From Gemmatimonadota bacterium (GTDB lineage: Bacteria > Gemmatimonadota > Gemmatimonadetes > Palauibacterales > Palauibacteraceae): a DNA stretch of 64,000 nt. The position numbers were made by a program, and so were the translations under genes. The notes under the pieces are model-generated. The model was not told where the DNA came from and did no database searches. It saw nothing but the letters and a program-made list of their open reading frames with translations. Location: the NCBI GenBank assembly GCA_046758745.1, contig JBHIAV010000010.1, positions 11,745-75,744 on the forward strand. Reading direction: 5' to 3'. Below are positions 33,254 through 42,344 of this stretch, in pieces; position 1 is the stretch's first letter, and the number at the start of each line of letters is the position of its first letter.

Positions 33254-35866
33254 TCACTCCGACGCGCTGCTCTCCGCGAGCGAGCGGGCGACCTCCTCGA
33301 CACGGTAGCACTCGATCATATCGCCGACCTTGATGTCGTTGTAGCCTTCGATCGAGATCCCGCACTCGTATCCCTCCCTCACCTCGCGCACATCGTCCTT
33401 GAAGCGTCGCAGGCTCTCGATCCTCCCGTCGTATACCTGCACATGCTCTCGGAGCAGGCGGACCGGAAGGCTGCGGCGGATCGTCCCGGAGACCACATAG
33501 CACCCCGCGACGGTACCCACTTTCGGTACGCGGAAGAGCTGACGCACCTCCGCCGCTCCCTCCGTCACCTCTCGCTCCTCCGGCTCCAGCAGCCCCTCGA
33601 GCGCCAGCCGGACGTCTTCCACCGCCTCGTAGATGACGCTGTAAGTCCGGATCTCCACCTCCTCCCGCTCGGCGGCGGATCGAGCCTTGACATCCGGACG
33701 CACGTGGAATCCGATGATCGAGGCCGCGCTGGCGCTGGCGAGGAGCACATCGGACTCGTTGACCGCGCCCACTCCCCGATGGACGACCTCCACCCTCACC
33801 TCGTCCGTGCTCAGTCGCTCCAGGGCATCGGCCAGGGCCTGAACGGAGCCGTCCGTGTCGCCCTTGATGACGAGGCCCAGGCGCGCCTGCCGGCCCGACC
33901 GAATCCGCTCGAAAACGTCCTCCAGTCGCACTCCCTTCGACCGGCGACGGATCTCCTTGGCGCGCTCGAGCTGTTGGCGCCGCAGGGCGACTTCCCTTAC
34001 ACGCGCCGCGTCCATTACCACGAGGGTGTCCCCGGCCTGAGGCACGCCCTCGATGCCGAGGATGCGAACGGGAGTCGACGGACCGGCCGAACCGACGTTC
34101 TTCCCACGCTCGTCGAGAAGGGCACGTACCCGACCACCGTACAGACCGCACAGGAAGTCATCTCCGACCCGGAGCGTGCCGTTCTGCACCAGCACGGTGG
34201 CCACCGGTCCCATTCCACGGTCCAGCTCCGCCTCGACCACGGTTCCGCGGGCCGGCGTATTCGGGGACGCCTCAAGCTCGAGCAGCTCCGCCTGTAGGAG
34301 GACCTTCTCGAGCAGCTCGTCCACCCCCTCCCCCGTCTTCGCCGACACGGGGGCCGAGAGGACTTCTCCCCCGAACTTCTCCAGCACCACATCGTGCGCG
34401 AGGAGGTCGCGCTGTACCTTCGGGACATCGGCGCTGGGGAGGTCGATCTTGTTGATCGCCACGACGATCGGTACGCCGGCGTTACGCGCGTGGCTGATCG
34501 CCTCGACCGTCTGGGGCATCACCGCGTCATCCGCGGCCACCACCAGAACCACCACGTCCGTGAGCTCGGCGCCCCGAGCCCTCATCGCGGTGAACGCCTC
34601 GTGTCCCGGCGTGTCCAGGAAGGTGACCGACCGCCCGTCTCCCAGCTCCACATGGTAGGCACCGATGTGCTGCGTGATGCCGCCCGCTTCCCCGGCGATG
34701 ACGTTCGTCTTCCGAATGTGATCGAGAAGCGACGTCTTACCGTGGTCGACGTGGCCCATCACGGTGACCACGGGTGCCCGGGGCGCGTGGTCCGCCTCGC
34801 TCACCGGTTGCTCGGCGAGCTCGGGGAGGTCCGCCTCGTAGGCATCTTCACGGATCGCCTCGAAACCGAACTCCTCGCAGATGAGCTCGATCTGGTCGAA
34901 ATCGAGGCGTTGGTTGATGGTGACCATCAGCCCCAGATTCTTGAAGGCCGACGTGATGATCTGCTGCGGCGACAGCTCGATGAGGTCGGCGAGCTCCGCC
35001 ACGGTGAGGAACTCGTTGACCCGCACCAGGGCCCTTTCCTTCTCGGCCGCCGCCTCACGGAGCTCACGTTCGACCTCCTGCTGGGAGGGACCCGTGTCCC
35101 GGCGCCGCTTCTTCCCGCCCCCCTCGATGACGGCGAGGGTCTTCTTCACGCTCTCCTGGACGGACGCTTGGTCCACCCGGCGCTGTCGCTTCTTCTCACG
35201 CCGGGCGCGTCGGCGACCGTCGACCGTGTATCCTTCCGCCTGGATCCTGACCGTTCCACCCGGCGCGGCGGACGCGGCGGGAGCGGGAGGGAGGCTACGG
35301 CGCACGGGCTTCGGCTTTCGTCGAGCCCGGCGCTCGTCGACCGGAGCGCCCGCCTCCTCCCCTGCAGGGGCCTCGGGAGGCACGGGCTCTGCAGGCTCGT
35401 CCACCTCGGCCTGGGGCGCCTGCGCCGCGACTTCCTCCACCGCCGACGCCTCCGGCAAGGCCATCTCCTCCTCGGGCGGGGGCGACGGAGGCACAACCGA
35501 CTCCTCGGGAGGGGCCTCGGCGACGACGGCCTCGGGGGCAGCAGCGGCGATCTCCGACGCATCGGAGGGAGTCTCGGCCCTCGCCTCCCCCTCAGCCGCT
35601 TCCGTCTCGGCTTCCGCGATTACCTGCGGCTTGGCCTGGCGGCGGCGACGCCGGCGTGTGGCGGTGGCCGTGGGCGGCTCAGAGGGCGAATCTCCTCCAC
35701 CCCGGCGCTCTCTCTCCAGGCGGGCGTGCAGGCGGGCGATCTGTGCGTCGTCCACCGTGGACATGTGGCTCCGCACCCGCACATCCATCTGATGCAGCAT
35801 CTGGATGAGCTGCTTGGTTTCGATCCCGAGCTCTTCCGCGACCTCGTATACGCGGTATTTCGTCAA
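33254..35866 (-). CDS. infB: Translation initiation factor IF-2
   Basis: GHVDHGKTSL, DTPGHEAF, NKID; N-terminal RVYEVAEEL. Confidence 0.98.
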   Translation of the reverse strand: MTKYRVYEVAEELGIETKQLIQMLHQMDVRVRSHMSTVDDAQIARLHARLERERRGGGDSPSEPPTATATRRRRRRQAKPQVIAEAETEAAEGEARAETPSDASEIAAAAPEAVVAEAPPEESVVPPSPPPEEEMALPEASAVEEVAAQAPQAEVDEPAEPVPPEAPAGEEAGAPVDERRARRKPKPVRRSLPPAPAASAAPGGTVRIQAEGYTVDGRRRARREKKRQRRVDQASVQESVKKTLAVIEGGGKKRRRDTGPSQQEVERELREAAAEKERALVRVNEFLTVAELADLIELSPQQIITSAFKNLGLMVTINQRLDFDQIELICEEFGFEAIREDAYEADLPELAEQPVSEADHAPRAPVVTVMGHVDHGKTSLLDHIRKTNVIAGEAGGITQHIGAYHVELGDGRSVTFLDTPGHEAFTAMRARGAELTDVVVLVVAADDAVMPQTVEAISHARNAGVPIVVAINKIDLPSADVPKVQRDLLAHDVVLEKFGGEVLSAPVSAKTGEGVDELLEKVLLQAELLELEASPNTPARGTVVEAELDRGMGPVATVLVQNGTLRVGDDFLCGLYGGRVRALLDERGKNVGSAGPSTPVRILGIEGVPQAGDTLVVMDAARVREVALRRQQLERAKEIRRRSKGVRLEDVFERIRSGRQARLGLVIKGDTDGSVQALADALERLSTDEVRVEVVHRGVGAVNESDVLLASASAASIIGFHVRPDVKARSAAEREEVEIRTYSVIYEAVEDVRLALEGLLEPEEREVTEGAAEVRQLFRVPKVGTVAGCYVVSGTIRRSLPVRLLREHVQVYDGRIESLRRFKDDVREVREGYECGISIEGYNDIKVGDMIECYRVEEVARSLAESSASE

Positions 35867-35899
35867 GCCTACCCTCCTGACCGCCTGCTCCCCGCCGGT

Positions 35900-36238
35900 T
35901 CACCCGGCGGCTGCTTCGCACCCCAGAGAAGCCAGCGCCTGACCGGCCAGCGCCCGATCGGTGATCCCGACCACCGCGGTCGGGCCGCGGCCGCACGCCC
36001 CGCCGAGAGCGTCCTTGGTCCCGCAGAGGACGACCGGAACGCCGCGAGCGTCCAGGAGCGAGCGAACTCGCTCGCCGGCGTTGTCACTCGCGTCCCGCGC
36101 GATCAGCGCGGCCGCGAGCCTTCCGCCGCGCGCCGCTCCGCGCACGGAGCGGGTCCCGACCGCCACCCGACCCGCCCGCTGGGCCAGGCCGAGGATCCGG
36201 AGGGCGCGCCGCTCACGCTCAGCCAGCCGCCCGCTCGT
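35900..36238 (-). CDS. L7Ae/YlxQ-family RNA-binding protein, non-canonical start probable
   Basis: The frame is open upstream of the first GTG and encodes ILGLAQRAGRVAVG; also IARDAS and LGGACGR. An in-frame ACG at 36238 lies 6 nt after GAGGAGG. Confidence 0.8.
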   Translation of the reverse strand, partial: TSGRLAERERRALRILGLAQRAGRVAVGTRSVRGAARGGRLAAALIARDASDNAGERVRSLLDARGVPVVLCGTKDALGGACGRGPTAVVGITDRALAGQALASLGCEAAAG

Positions 36239-37736
36239 CGCCGTCCTCCTCGCCGGAGTCTTCCGGGCCCGGGGGCGGTCCGTCCGGCTCCTCCGCCCCT
36301 TCGGGCGGGGCGGGATTCGCCCCCACCGCGATGGCTTCGCCGGGCAGCTCCGCCTCCTCGGCGGCCCCGGCCGCCTGCGCCTCGACCGGCTCGCCGGGCT
36401 CCGCCGCAGCGACCGTCTCCACGGGCTCGCCCGCGCTCTCCGCCGCGGATGCCTCGGCTACCGTCAGCTCCTCGACGATCGCCACGAGCGAGTTCGCCTC
36501 CTCCTCCGCGATGCCCGGCACACCGAGGAAGTCTTCCTTCTCCATGTCGAGCACGTCGAAGAAGGTGGAGATGCCGGCCGCTTCCAGAGCGGCCAGCGTC
36601 GCGGGAGCGATCCCGGCGAGCTCGGAGAGCGGGAAGTCAACCACCTCGTACTCCTCGGTCCCTCCGAAGAGCACCGTCTCGGCCCCGCGCGCCATCCAAT
36701 CCTTGCTGGAGTACAGATCGATCTGCCACCCGATGAGCTGAGACGCGAGCCGCACGTTCTGGCCGTTGCGTCCGATCGCCAGGGAGAGCTGGTCCTCGTC
36801 CACGATCGCGGTGATGACATGGCGCTCCGAGTTCGAGATGACCTTCGCCACCTTGGCCGGAGCGAGGGCGCGCCGTGCGAAGATCTCGGGATCCGGGTGC
36901 CACGGGACGATGTCGATCCGCTCTCCGCTCAGCTCGGAGACGACCGCCTGCACCCGGGAGCCCTTGAGTCCCACGCAGGCGCCGACCGGATCGACCGAGT
37001 CGTCGCGAGACGAGACGGCGATCTTGGTCCGACCTCCGGCCTCGCGCACGATCTCGCGGATCTCCACGATCCCCTGGTAGATCTCCGGCACCTCAAGCGC
37101 GAAGAGCGCCTTGACGAACAGCGGGTCTGCACGGGAGAGGATGAGGCGCGGTCCGCGAGGGCTCTCCTCAAGCTTCTTCAGCACCGCGCGGATCGGCTCG
37201 CCCTGCCGGAACCGCTCGCGAGGGTTCTGCTCGCGCCACGGGATTACCGCCTCGGCCTCCCGGGAGCGGTTCAGCATCACGACGAGCTTGCCCCGCTCGA
37301 TCTGCTGCACCTCGCCCGACACCAGCTCGCCGACCCGATCGCTGAACTCCTCGCGGATCCGATCTCGCTCTCCCTCTCGAACCCGCTGGATGATCCGCTG
37401 CTTGGCGGCCATGACCGCGTTTCGGCCGAAGTCGGCGAAATCCACCGGGATCTCGATCAGGTCGCCGACCTGGAAGTCGGGATCGTCCCACCGGGCTTCC
37501 TCCAGGCTGATCTGCCTGGCCGGGTCCTCCACCGTCTCCACGACCTCCTTGAGGACGACGATCTTGATATCGCCGGCCGGTAGGATTTCGATCTCCGCCT
37601 CCACCGGTCCTCCGAACCGCCGAGCGAGAGCCGCGTGGATCCCGTCGCGGATCAGCTCGTGCAACTCCTCGTCCGACAGCGACTTGTTCGCCGTCATGAC
37701 GCGAAACGCCTCTACGACCGGTATCTGATCGCTCAT
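36219..37736 (-). CDS. nusA: Transcription termination factor NusA
   Basis: FGRNAVMAAKQ, FALEVPEI, DPVGACVG, AIGRNGQNVRLA; acidic tail. Confidence 0.97.
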   Translation of the reverse strand: MSDQIPVVEAFRVMTANKSLSDEELHELIRDGIHAALARRFGGPVEAEIEILPAGDIKIVVLKEVVETVEDPARQISLEEARWDDPDFQVGDLIEIPVDFADFGRNAVMAAKQRIIQRVREGERDRIREEFSDRVGELVSGEVQQIERGKLVVMLNRSREAEAVIPWREQNPRERFRQGEPIRAVLKKLEESPRGPRLILSRADPLFVKALFALEVPEIYQGIVEIREIVREAGGRTKIAVSSRDDSVDPVGACVGLKGSRVQAVVSELSGERIDIVPWHPDPEIFARRALAPAKVAKVISNSERHVITAIVDEDQLSLAIGRNGQNVRLASQLIGWQIDLYSSKDWMARGAETVLFGGTEEYEVVDFPLSELAGIAPATLAALEAAGISTFFDVLDMEKEDFLGVPGIAEEEANSLVAIVEELTVAEASAAESAGEPVETVAAAEPGEPVEAQAAGAAEEAELPGEAIAVGANPAPPEGAEEPDGPPPGPEDSGEEDGDERAAG

Positions 37737-37794
37737 CTCTGTCGCATCCGCACCTATGACCGGAGCCTTCGCTTCCGACCCCACGGATCGGACT

Positions 37795-38292
37795 CTACAG
37801 GTCGTCCTCGCACCGGTATACGAGTTCCGCCCGGGCGATGGAGGAGAGCGGCACGCCGATTCGCTCTCCTTCCACCTCCAGCTCCACCACCTGTCCCCCG
37901 TCGTCCTCGGCTCCGCGCAGCCCGAGAAGCACGGCCTCCAGCTGCCGGCTTCCGCCGGCGAGGGGGCCGTATCCCCTCACGCGCACCCGCTGCCCGGCGA
38001 ACCGCTCGTAGTCACGGGCCCGAACCAGCGGTCGCTCCACGCCGGGCGAGGAGACCTCGAGGATGTAGTCCGGATCGCCATCCGGGCGGCTATCCAGATA
38101 CTCTCGCACCGCTCTGCTCACCCGAGCGCAGTCCTCCACGGTCACGGAGGAGCGGCCCGGCCGGCCGCCGGGACGATCCATCCGCAGCCGGAGGAGCGGC
38201 CGCCTGCGGCCGCCGCCTCGCTCGAGCGTCACCAGCTCGAATCCCAGGCGGGCCACCAGCTCCTCCAGCTCCGCCTCCAGACCCGACGGCAT
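37795..38292 (-). CDS. rimP: Ribosome maturation factor RimP
   Basis: VTVEDCARVSR and YILEVSSPGVERPL. Confidence 0.95.
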   Translation of the reverse strand: MPSGLEAELEELVARLGFELVTLERGGGRRRPLLRLRMDRPGGRPGRSSVTVEDCARVSRAVREYLDSRPDGDPDYILEVSSPGVERPLVRARDYERFAGQRVRVRGYGPLAGGSRQLEAVLLGLRGAEDDGGQVVELEVEGERIGVPLSSIARAELVYRCEDDL

Positions 38293-38323
38293 CGCCGTGA
38301 TCCGCCTCCGCATCCGATACCCC

Positions 38324-38359
38324 AAACAAAAAAGTGGGGCCGATCGAGCTTCCCCACTT
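38324..38359 (-). terminator. rimP leader terminator/attenuator hairpin
   Basis: AAGTGGGG-N12-CCCCACTT followed by TTTTGTTT, between the promoter and rimP. Confidence 0.8.
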
Positions 38360-38419
38360 CAGGTTCGTCTGCTCTGTCGCCCGGTCGGCCAGCACCGGGG
38401 CGAAGTGTTCACGCCTTAA

Positions 38420-38448
38420 ACTATACAGCCTTCCGGCCGCTGCTGCAA
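38420..38448 (-). promoter_or_regulatory. Candidate sigma70 promoter of the rimP-nusA-infB operon
   Basis: TTGCAG-N17-TATAGT. Confidence 0.65.
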
Positions 38449-38506
38449 CTCCTTGGGAGCGGCTCGGGACCGCTCGACGCCTGCATACCAGTGCCAGGCG
38501 GAGCCC

Positions 38507-39289
38507 CTATGGAGCGCTCCGCCAGCCGAGGTAGGCCGCCATCCGCCCGGCCGATTCCCCCCTCGCACGGTGCGAGTGGAACAGGCCCGACTCGCATCGG
38601 GTGCACCACGGGGATCGGGAGATTCCCTGCCCGTCCATGCCGAGAGAGAGGGCGCGGGACGTCAGCTCGTCGCGCAGGTCCACTCGACCGCGTTCCACTC
38701 CCGGCCGCCCCATGGCCGCCAGCACCTCGCCCCCGACCTCATAGCAGCCGCCGCAGATGGCGGGACCGAGATGGAGGAACAATCGTCCCGGTGGGGCCGC
38801 GACGCGCGTGGCGAGGAGCCAGGCGCCCGCCTCGAGGACCCCGGACGCGGTGCCTCGCCACCCCGCGTGCAGGAGGACGAGGGCCCGGCTGACCGGATCG
38901 AGGAGATAGACGGGAACACAGTCGGCGGCCGTCACTACGAGAAGCACCCCTCGGACCTCGCACGCGAGCCCATCCCCCTCCCCCGGCGAGTGGAACCCCC
39001 GGGGCACCGGCGCTTCGACACCCACCACACGGCTCCCGTGGACCTGCCGACACACGACGACCGATTCGAACCCGAGGCCGGCGGCCAGCGCTTCGTACCG
39101 CTGCAGGAGAAGGAGGGGTGAGGGCGCCGTTCCGAGACCAAAGTCCGCGCGGGGCGCGGCCGCCGTGATCCCGGCCGAGAGCCCCGGAAACTCTCCTTCC
39201 CACTCCGCGTTGGCGAACACCGCGAAAGGACCCACGGTCCGTTTCTCCTCACGCCGCATGCGGATCCGATCCGCCGCGAGGGCGCTCAT
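38507..39289 (-). CDS. pgeF: PgeF/YfiH-family peptidoglycan editing factor (laccase-domain protein)
   Basis: QVHGS, TAADCVPV, HAGWRG, GPAICGGCYEV and FHSHR motifs. Confidence 0.9.
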   Translation of the reverse strand: MSALAADRIRMRREEKRTVGPFAVFANAEWEGEFPGLSAGITAAAPRADFGLGTAPSPLLLLQRYEALAAGLGFESVVVCRQVHGSRVVGVEAPVPRGFHSPGEGDGLACEVRGVLLVVTAADCVPVYLLDPVSRALVLLHAGWRGTASGVLEAGAWLLATRVAAPPGRLFLHLGPAICGGCYEVGGEVLAAMGRPGVERGRVDLRDELTSRALSLGMDGQGISRSPWCTRCESGLFHSHRARGESAGRMAAYLGWRSAP

Positions 39290-40572
39290 GCGCCGTCTCC
39301 GTGCCGGTCGATCCCTGCGCCCAACGCGTTCAGTCGCTCGTCGATTCGCTCGTATCCGCGCTCGATCTGCTCGATGTTGCGAATCACGCTTTCCCCCTCT
39401 GCAGCGAGCGCGGCGATCAGCAACGCCATTCCCGCCCGGATGTCCGGGCTTTCCACCACCGAGCCGCGGAGCCGCGCAGGGCCGACCACGACCGCCCGGT
39501 GCGGATCGCACAGCACGATGCGCGCCCCCATCGAGATCACCTTGTCGACGAAGAACATGCGCGACTCGAACATCTTCTCGTGGATCAGGATCGTTCCGCT
39601 GCACTGGGTAGCCACGACGAGGGCGATGCTGATGAGATCGGCCGGAAACGCGGGCCACGGACCGTCATCCAGCTTGGCGATCTGCCCCCCGAGGTCGGCC
39701 AGGATCTCCAGGGACTGCTCCGCCGGCACTTGCAGGGCTCCCTCCCGCAGCTCGAAGTGGATCCCGAGGCGAGCGAAGCCGAGCCGCAACGGATGGAACG
39801 CCTCCGTCGGGATCTCCTCGATCGTGATCTGGGAACCGGTGATGGCGGCCAATCCGATCAGACTCCCGATCTCTATGTGATCGGCCCCGATGCGCCACTC
39901 TCCCCCCGACAGCCGCTCGACCCCCTCGATCTCCAGCACCCCGGTTCCGATCCCATCGATCCGTGCACCCAGCGCGCACAGGAAGCGGCAAAGGTCCTGG
40001 ACGTGCGGCTCGGCGGCGGCGTTCCGCAGCCGCGTGGTGCCGTGTGCCGTCACTGCCGCGAGGATGGCGTTCTCCGTAGCGGTGACCGACGGCTCGTCCA
40101 GGAAGATATCGGCCCCGCGCAGCTGTCGGGCCCGGAGGTAGTAGGAGGCCCCCGCCTCCACCTCTGCGCCGAGCCGGCCGAGGGCGAGGAAATGCGTGTC
40201 CAGGCGGCGACGCCCGATCACGTCGCCACCGGGGGGGGGAAGCGCGACGTCTCCCCGTCGGGCGAGCAGGGGACCCGCGAGCAGGATGGAGGCGCGAATC
40301 CTGGCCGCGAGCGCCGGATCGAGACTCGAGCCCCTCAGTCCGGCCGCGCGCAGGCGCACGGTGTTCGGATCCTCCCATTCGGCCTCGACGCCGAGGTTGC
40401 GCATGAGCTCGATGAGCGTCCGCACGTCGAGGATGTCCGGAACATTGGTCAGCCGGACCGCCTCCTCGGCGAGCAGAGCGCCCGCCAATATGGGAAGCGC
40501 CGCGTTCTTGTTGCCGGCCGGGCTGAAGCGGCCGCTCAGCCGCGCCGGTCCCCGAATGCGGTACGAACTCAT
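39286..40572 (-). CDS. murA: UDP-N-acetylglucosamine 1-carboxyvinyltransferase
   Basis: GNKNAALPI, RASILLAGPL, PGGDVIGRR, SVTATEN and DIRAG motifs. Confidence 0.96.
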   Translation of the reverse strand: MSSYRIRGPARLSGRFSPAGNKNAALPILAGALLAEEAVRLTNVPDILDVRTLIELMRNLGVEAEWEDPNTVRLRAAGLRGSSLDPALAARIRASILLAGPLLARRGDVALPPPGGDVIGRRRLDTHFLALGRLGAEVEAGASYYLRARQLRGADIFLDEPSVTATENAILAAVTAHGTTRLRNAAAEPHVQDLCRFLCALGARIDGIGTGVLEIEGVERLSGGEWRIGADHIEIGSLIGLAAITGSQITIEEIPTEAFHPLRLGFARLGIHFELREGALQVPAEQSLEILADLGGQIAKLDDGPWPAFPADLISIALVVATQCSGTILIHEKMFESRMFFVDKVISMGARIVLCDPHRAVVVGPARLRGSVVESPDIRAGMALLIAALAAEGESVIRNIEQIERGYERIDERLNALGAGIDRHGDGA

Positions 40573-40726
40573 CGCGCGACCTCTCGCCAAACTTCCACCA
40601 GTCCGTCCCCTCCCTAAGGGGAGGCGCCCAGCCCGCGGGGGGGAGCGTCGGAGGCCGGAAAGTAGGTCGCCGTACAGGGCGGCGGCAACGCGCGGCGCAC
40701 CCGTTGGAGACTCGGAACGCACGTCC

Positions 40727-40743
40727 TTGGCACGATTTCCGCA
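40727..40743 (+). promoter_or_regulatory. Candidate sigma54 promoter upstream of DUF948-PLC
   Basis: TTGGCACGATTTCCGCA (GG-N10-GC). Confidence 0.45.
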
Positions 40744-40810
40744 TGGCTCCCAGCGCTGAGGTGACGGGGGGGGCACGGCTCGGGCCAGCGCCCCGACGAG
40801 GAGGGGCGAG

Positions 40811-40839
40811 TTGAGGGTTGGTTGGCGCGCGAATAGCTT
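40811..40839 (+). promoter_or_regulatory. Candidate sigma70 promoter upstream of DUF948-PLC
   Basis: TTGAGG-N17-TAGCTT. Confidence 0.45.
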
Positions 40840-40882
40840 TCGGCTTCGGGTCGATCCAACCACGCCGAAGCCGGGAGGGCAG

Positions 40883-41344
40883 GTGAGCCTGTTCGACATT
40901 CTCATCACGGTCTCGCTGATCCTGTGGATCCTGGTGTGTCTCGGGCTCATCGTTGCGCTCGGATCCGGCTTGCGCTTCCTCCAGGAGCTGAGGGCGCGCC
41001 GCGAGCGGTACGACCGCTTCTTCGAGGTGCTCGAGCGGCGGGTCGCGCCGCTGCTCGACCGTGCCGAGTATGTGGTCGACAACACCCAGTACCTCTCGTC
41101 GGTCCTCCGCGCCGATGTCGAGACGGTGAGCCGATCCGTGTCTCGCGCCGCACGATCCGCGGACCGAATCATGGAGATGGCGGAGGAGCGGGCCGCCGAG
41201 CTGAACGGCCTTCTCGAGGTCGTGCAGGAGGAGGCCGAGGAGACGTTTCTTTCCACGGCCTCCCTCCTGCGGGCCATTCGAGGCGCCCGGCGGAGGCGGA
41301 AAAGACTCACGCGCGGTGAGCGGGTTCGGAGACGGTTGGGTTGA
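40883..41344 (+). CDS. Single-TM helical protein, DUF948/YoxC-like
   Basis: N-terminal TM followed by amphipathic helices; GGAGG upstream of GTG at 40883. Confidence 0.65.
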   Translation: MSLFDILITVSLILWILVCLGLIVALGSGLRFLQELRARRERYDRFFEVLERRVAPLLDRAEYVVDNTQYLSSVLRADVETVSRSVSRAARSADRIMEMAEERAAELNGLLEVVQEEAEETFLSTASLLRAIRGARRRRKRLTRGERVRRRLG

Positions 41345-42327
41345 CGCGCCGCGTTCTGCTCACCGGCGTCGTCCTCGCGGCTCTCCTCCTCCTGGTCTCT
41401 CCGGAGACGGCGCTGGCCTGGGGTCCGGCCACGCACATGCACATCTCGGTCGAGGTGCTTCGCTCCCTCAACCTCTTCCCGAGACAGATCGCCGGTCTGC
41501 TGGCCGCGTACCCGATCGACTTCCTGTACGGGAGTCTGGCGGCCGATATCTCGATGGCGAAGAAGTACGCGCCCGTCGGCCGCCACTGTCACCACTGGCA
41601 CGTGGCGCGCGAGATCTACGGGGCGGCCGGAGAGGATCCGAAGCTGCGCGCCTCGATGATCGGGTACCTGACTCACCTGGCGGCCGATGTGCTGGCTCAC
41701 AACTCGTTCGTGCCGCGCCTCCTCCTCCTCACCTCCTCCACACGGGCGCTCGGGCATTCCTACTGGGAGCACCGGATGGACGCGGACGTGGGTTCGCAGT
41801 ACACGGCGCTGGCTCGCTGGGTCGTCACCGACTTCGATCACTCTCGCACGGATGGGCTTTTCCGAAAGGTTCTCGCCAACACCCTGTTCAGCTTCGGGAC
41901 GAACCGTCGGATCTTCCGCGGCATGATCCGGATCAGCGACAACGACAGCTGGCAGGCGATCTTCGACACGGTGATCGACAACTCGAGATGGATCCTCGAA
42001 CGAGCCGAAGTCGATCGCTACCTCCGCTACTCGTTCGAGTCGGTGGCGGATTTCCTCATGCGCGACGAGGAATCCGACGCAGCGGGAGGCGACCCGATCG
42101 GTGAAGAGGCGCTCGCCGAAGCGAAGAAGATCCGCCGGCGCGTGCTGCTGGCCGGCGGGTGGCGGAGCGGACGCGCGCTGCACGCCACCGCGGACCACCA
42201 CTTCCCGTTGCCGACCGGCTCCACCGAGCTGTGGGATCGGAGGGGAGAGACGGCGGGGCTGGCCACGCGGCTGATCGAGCAGGCGGCCCTGGCCGCGCCG
42301 GGGACCGCCTCGGCGCCGGCCGTGTAG
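41341..42327 (+). CDS. Secreted zinc-dependent phospholipase C / P1-nuclease-fold protein
   Basis: Signal peptide ending ALA, then WGPATH; also GSLAAD, HCHHW, GYLTHLAADVLAHN and HSYWE. Confidence 0.85.
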   Translation: MTRRVLLTGVVLAALLLLVSPETALAWGPATHMHISVEVLRSLNLFPRQIAGLLAAYPIDFLYGSLAADISMAKKYAPVGRHCHHWHVAREIYGAAGEDPKLRASMIGYLTHLAADVLAHNSFVPRLLLLTSSTRALGHSYWEHRMDADVGSQYTALARWVVTDFDHSRTDGLFRKVLANTLFSFGTNRRIFRGMIRISDNDSWQAIFDTVIDNSRWILERAEVDRYLRYSFESVADFLMRDEESDAAGGDPIGEEALAEAKKIRRRVLLAGGWRSGRALHATADHHFPLPTGSTELWDRRGETAGLATRLIEQAALAAPGTASAPAV

Positions 42328-42344
42328 CGGGTGCGTGCCGCAGG

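Noticed and set aside
35280..35640. Pro/Glu/Ala-rich stretch in IF-2 and the acidic NusA tail as possible insertions
   Set aside because: Variable low-complexity linkers are normal in these regions of both proteins.
34394..36736. Long plus-strand ORFs opposite conserved genes (also 47427-49865, 32372-34297, 57925-59769, 4183-5856, 1084-2703)
   Set aside because: Antisense shadows of infB, nusA, pcrA, dxr, clpB and others; Arg/Pro-rich with no recognisable motifs.
40766..40773. G8 tract as a phase-variation switch
   Set aside because: It is short, lies outside the -35/-10 spacer and any CDS, and is unremarkable at about 70% GC.
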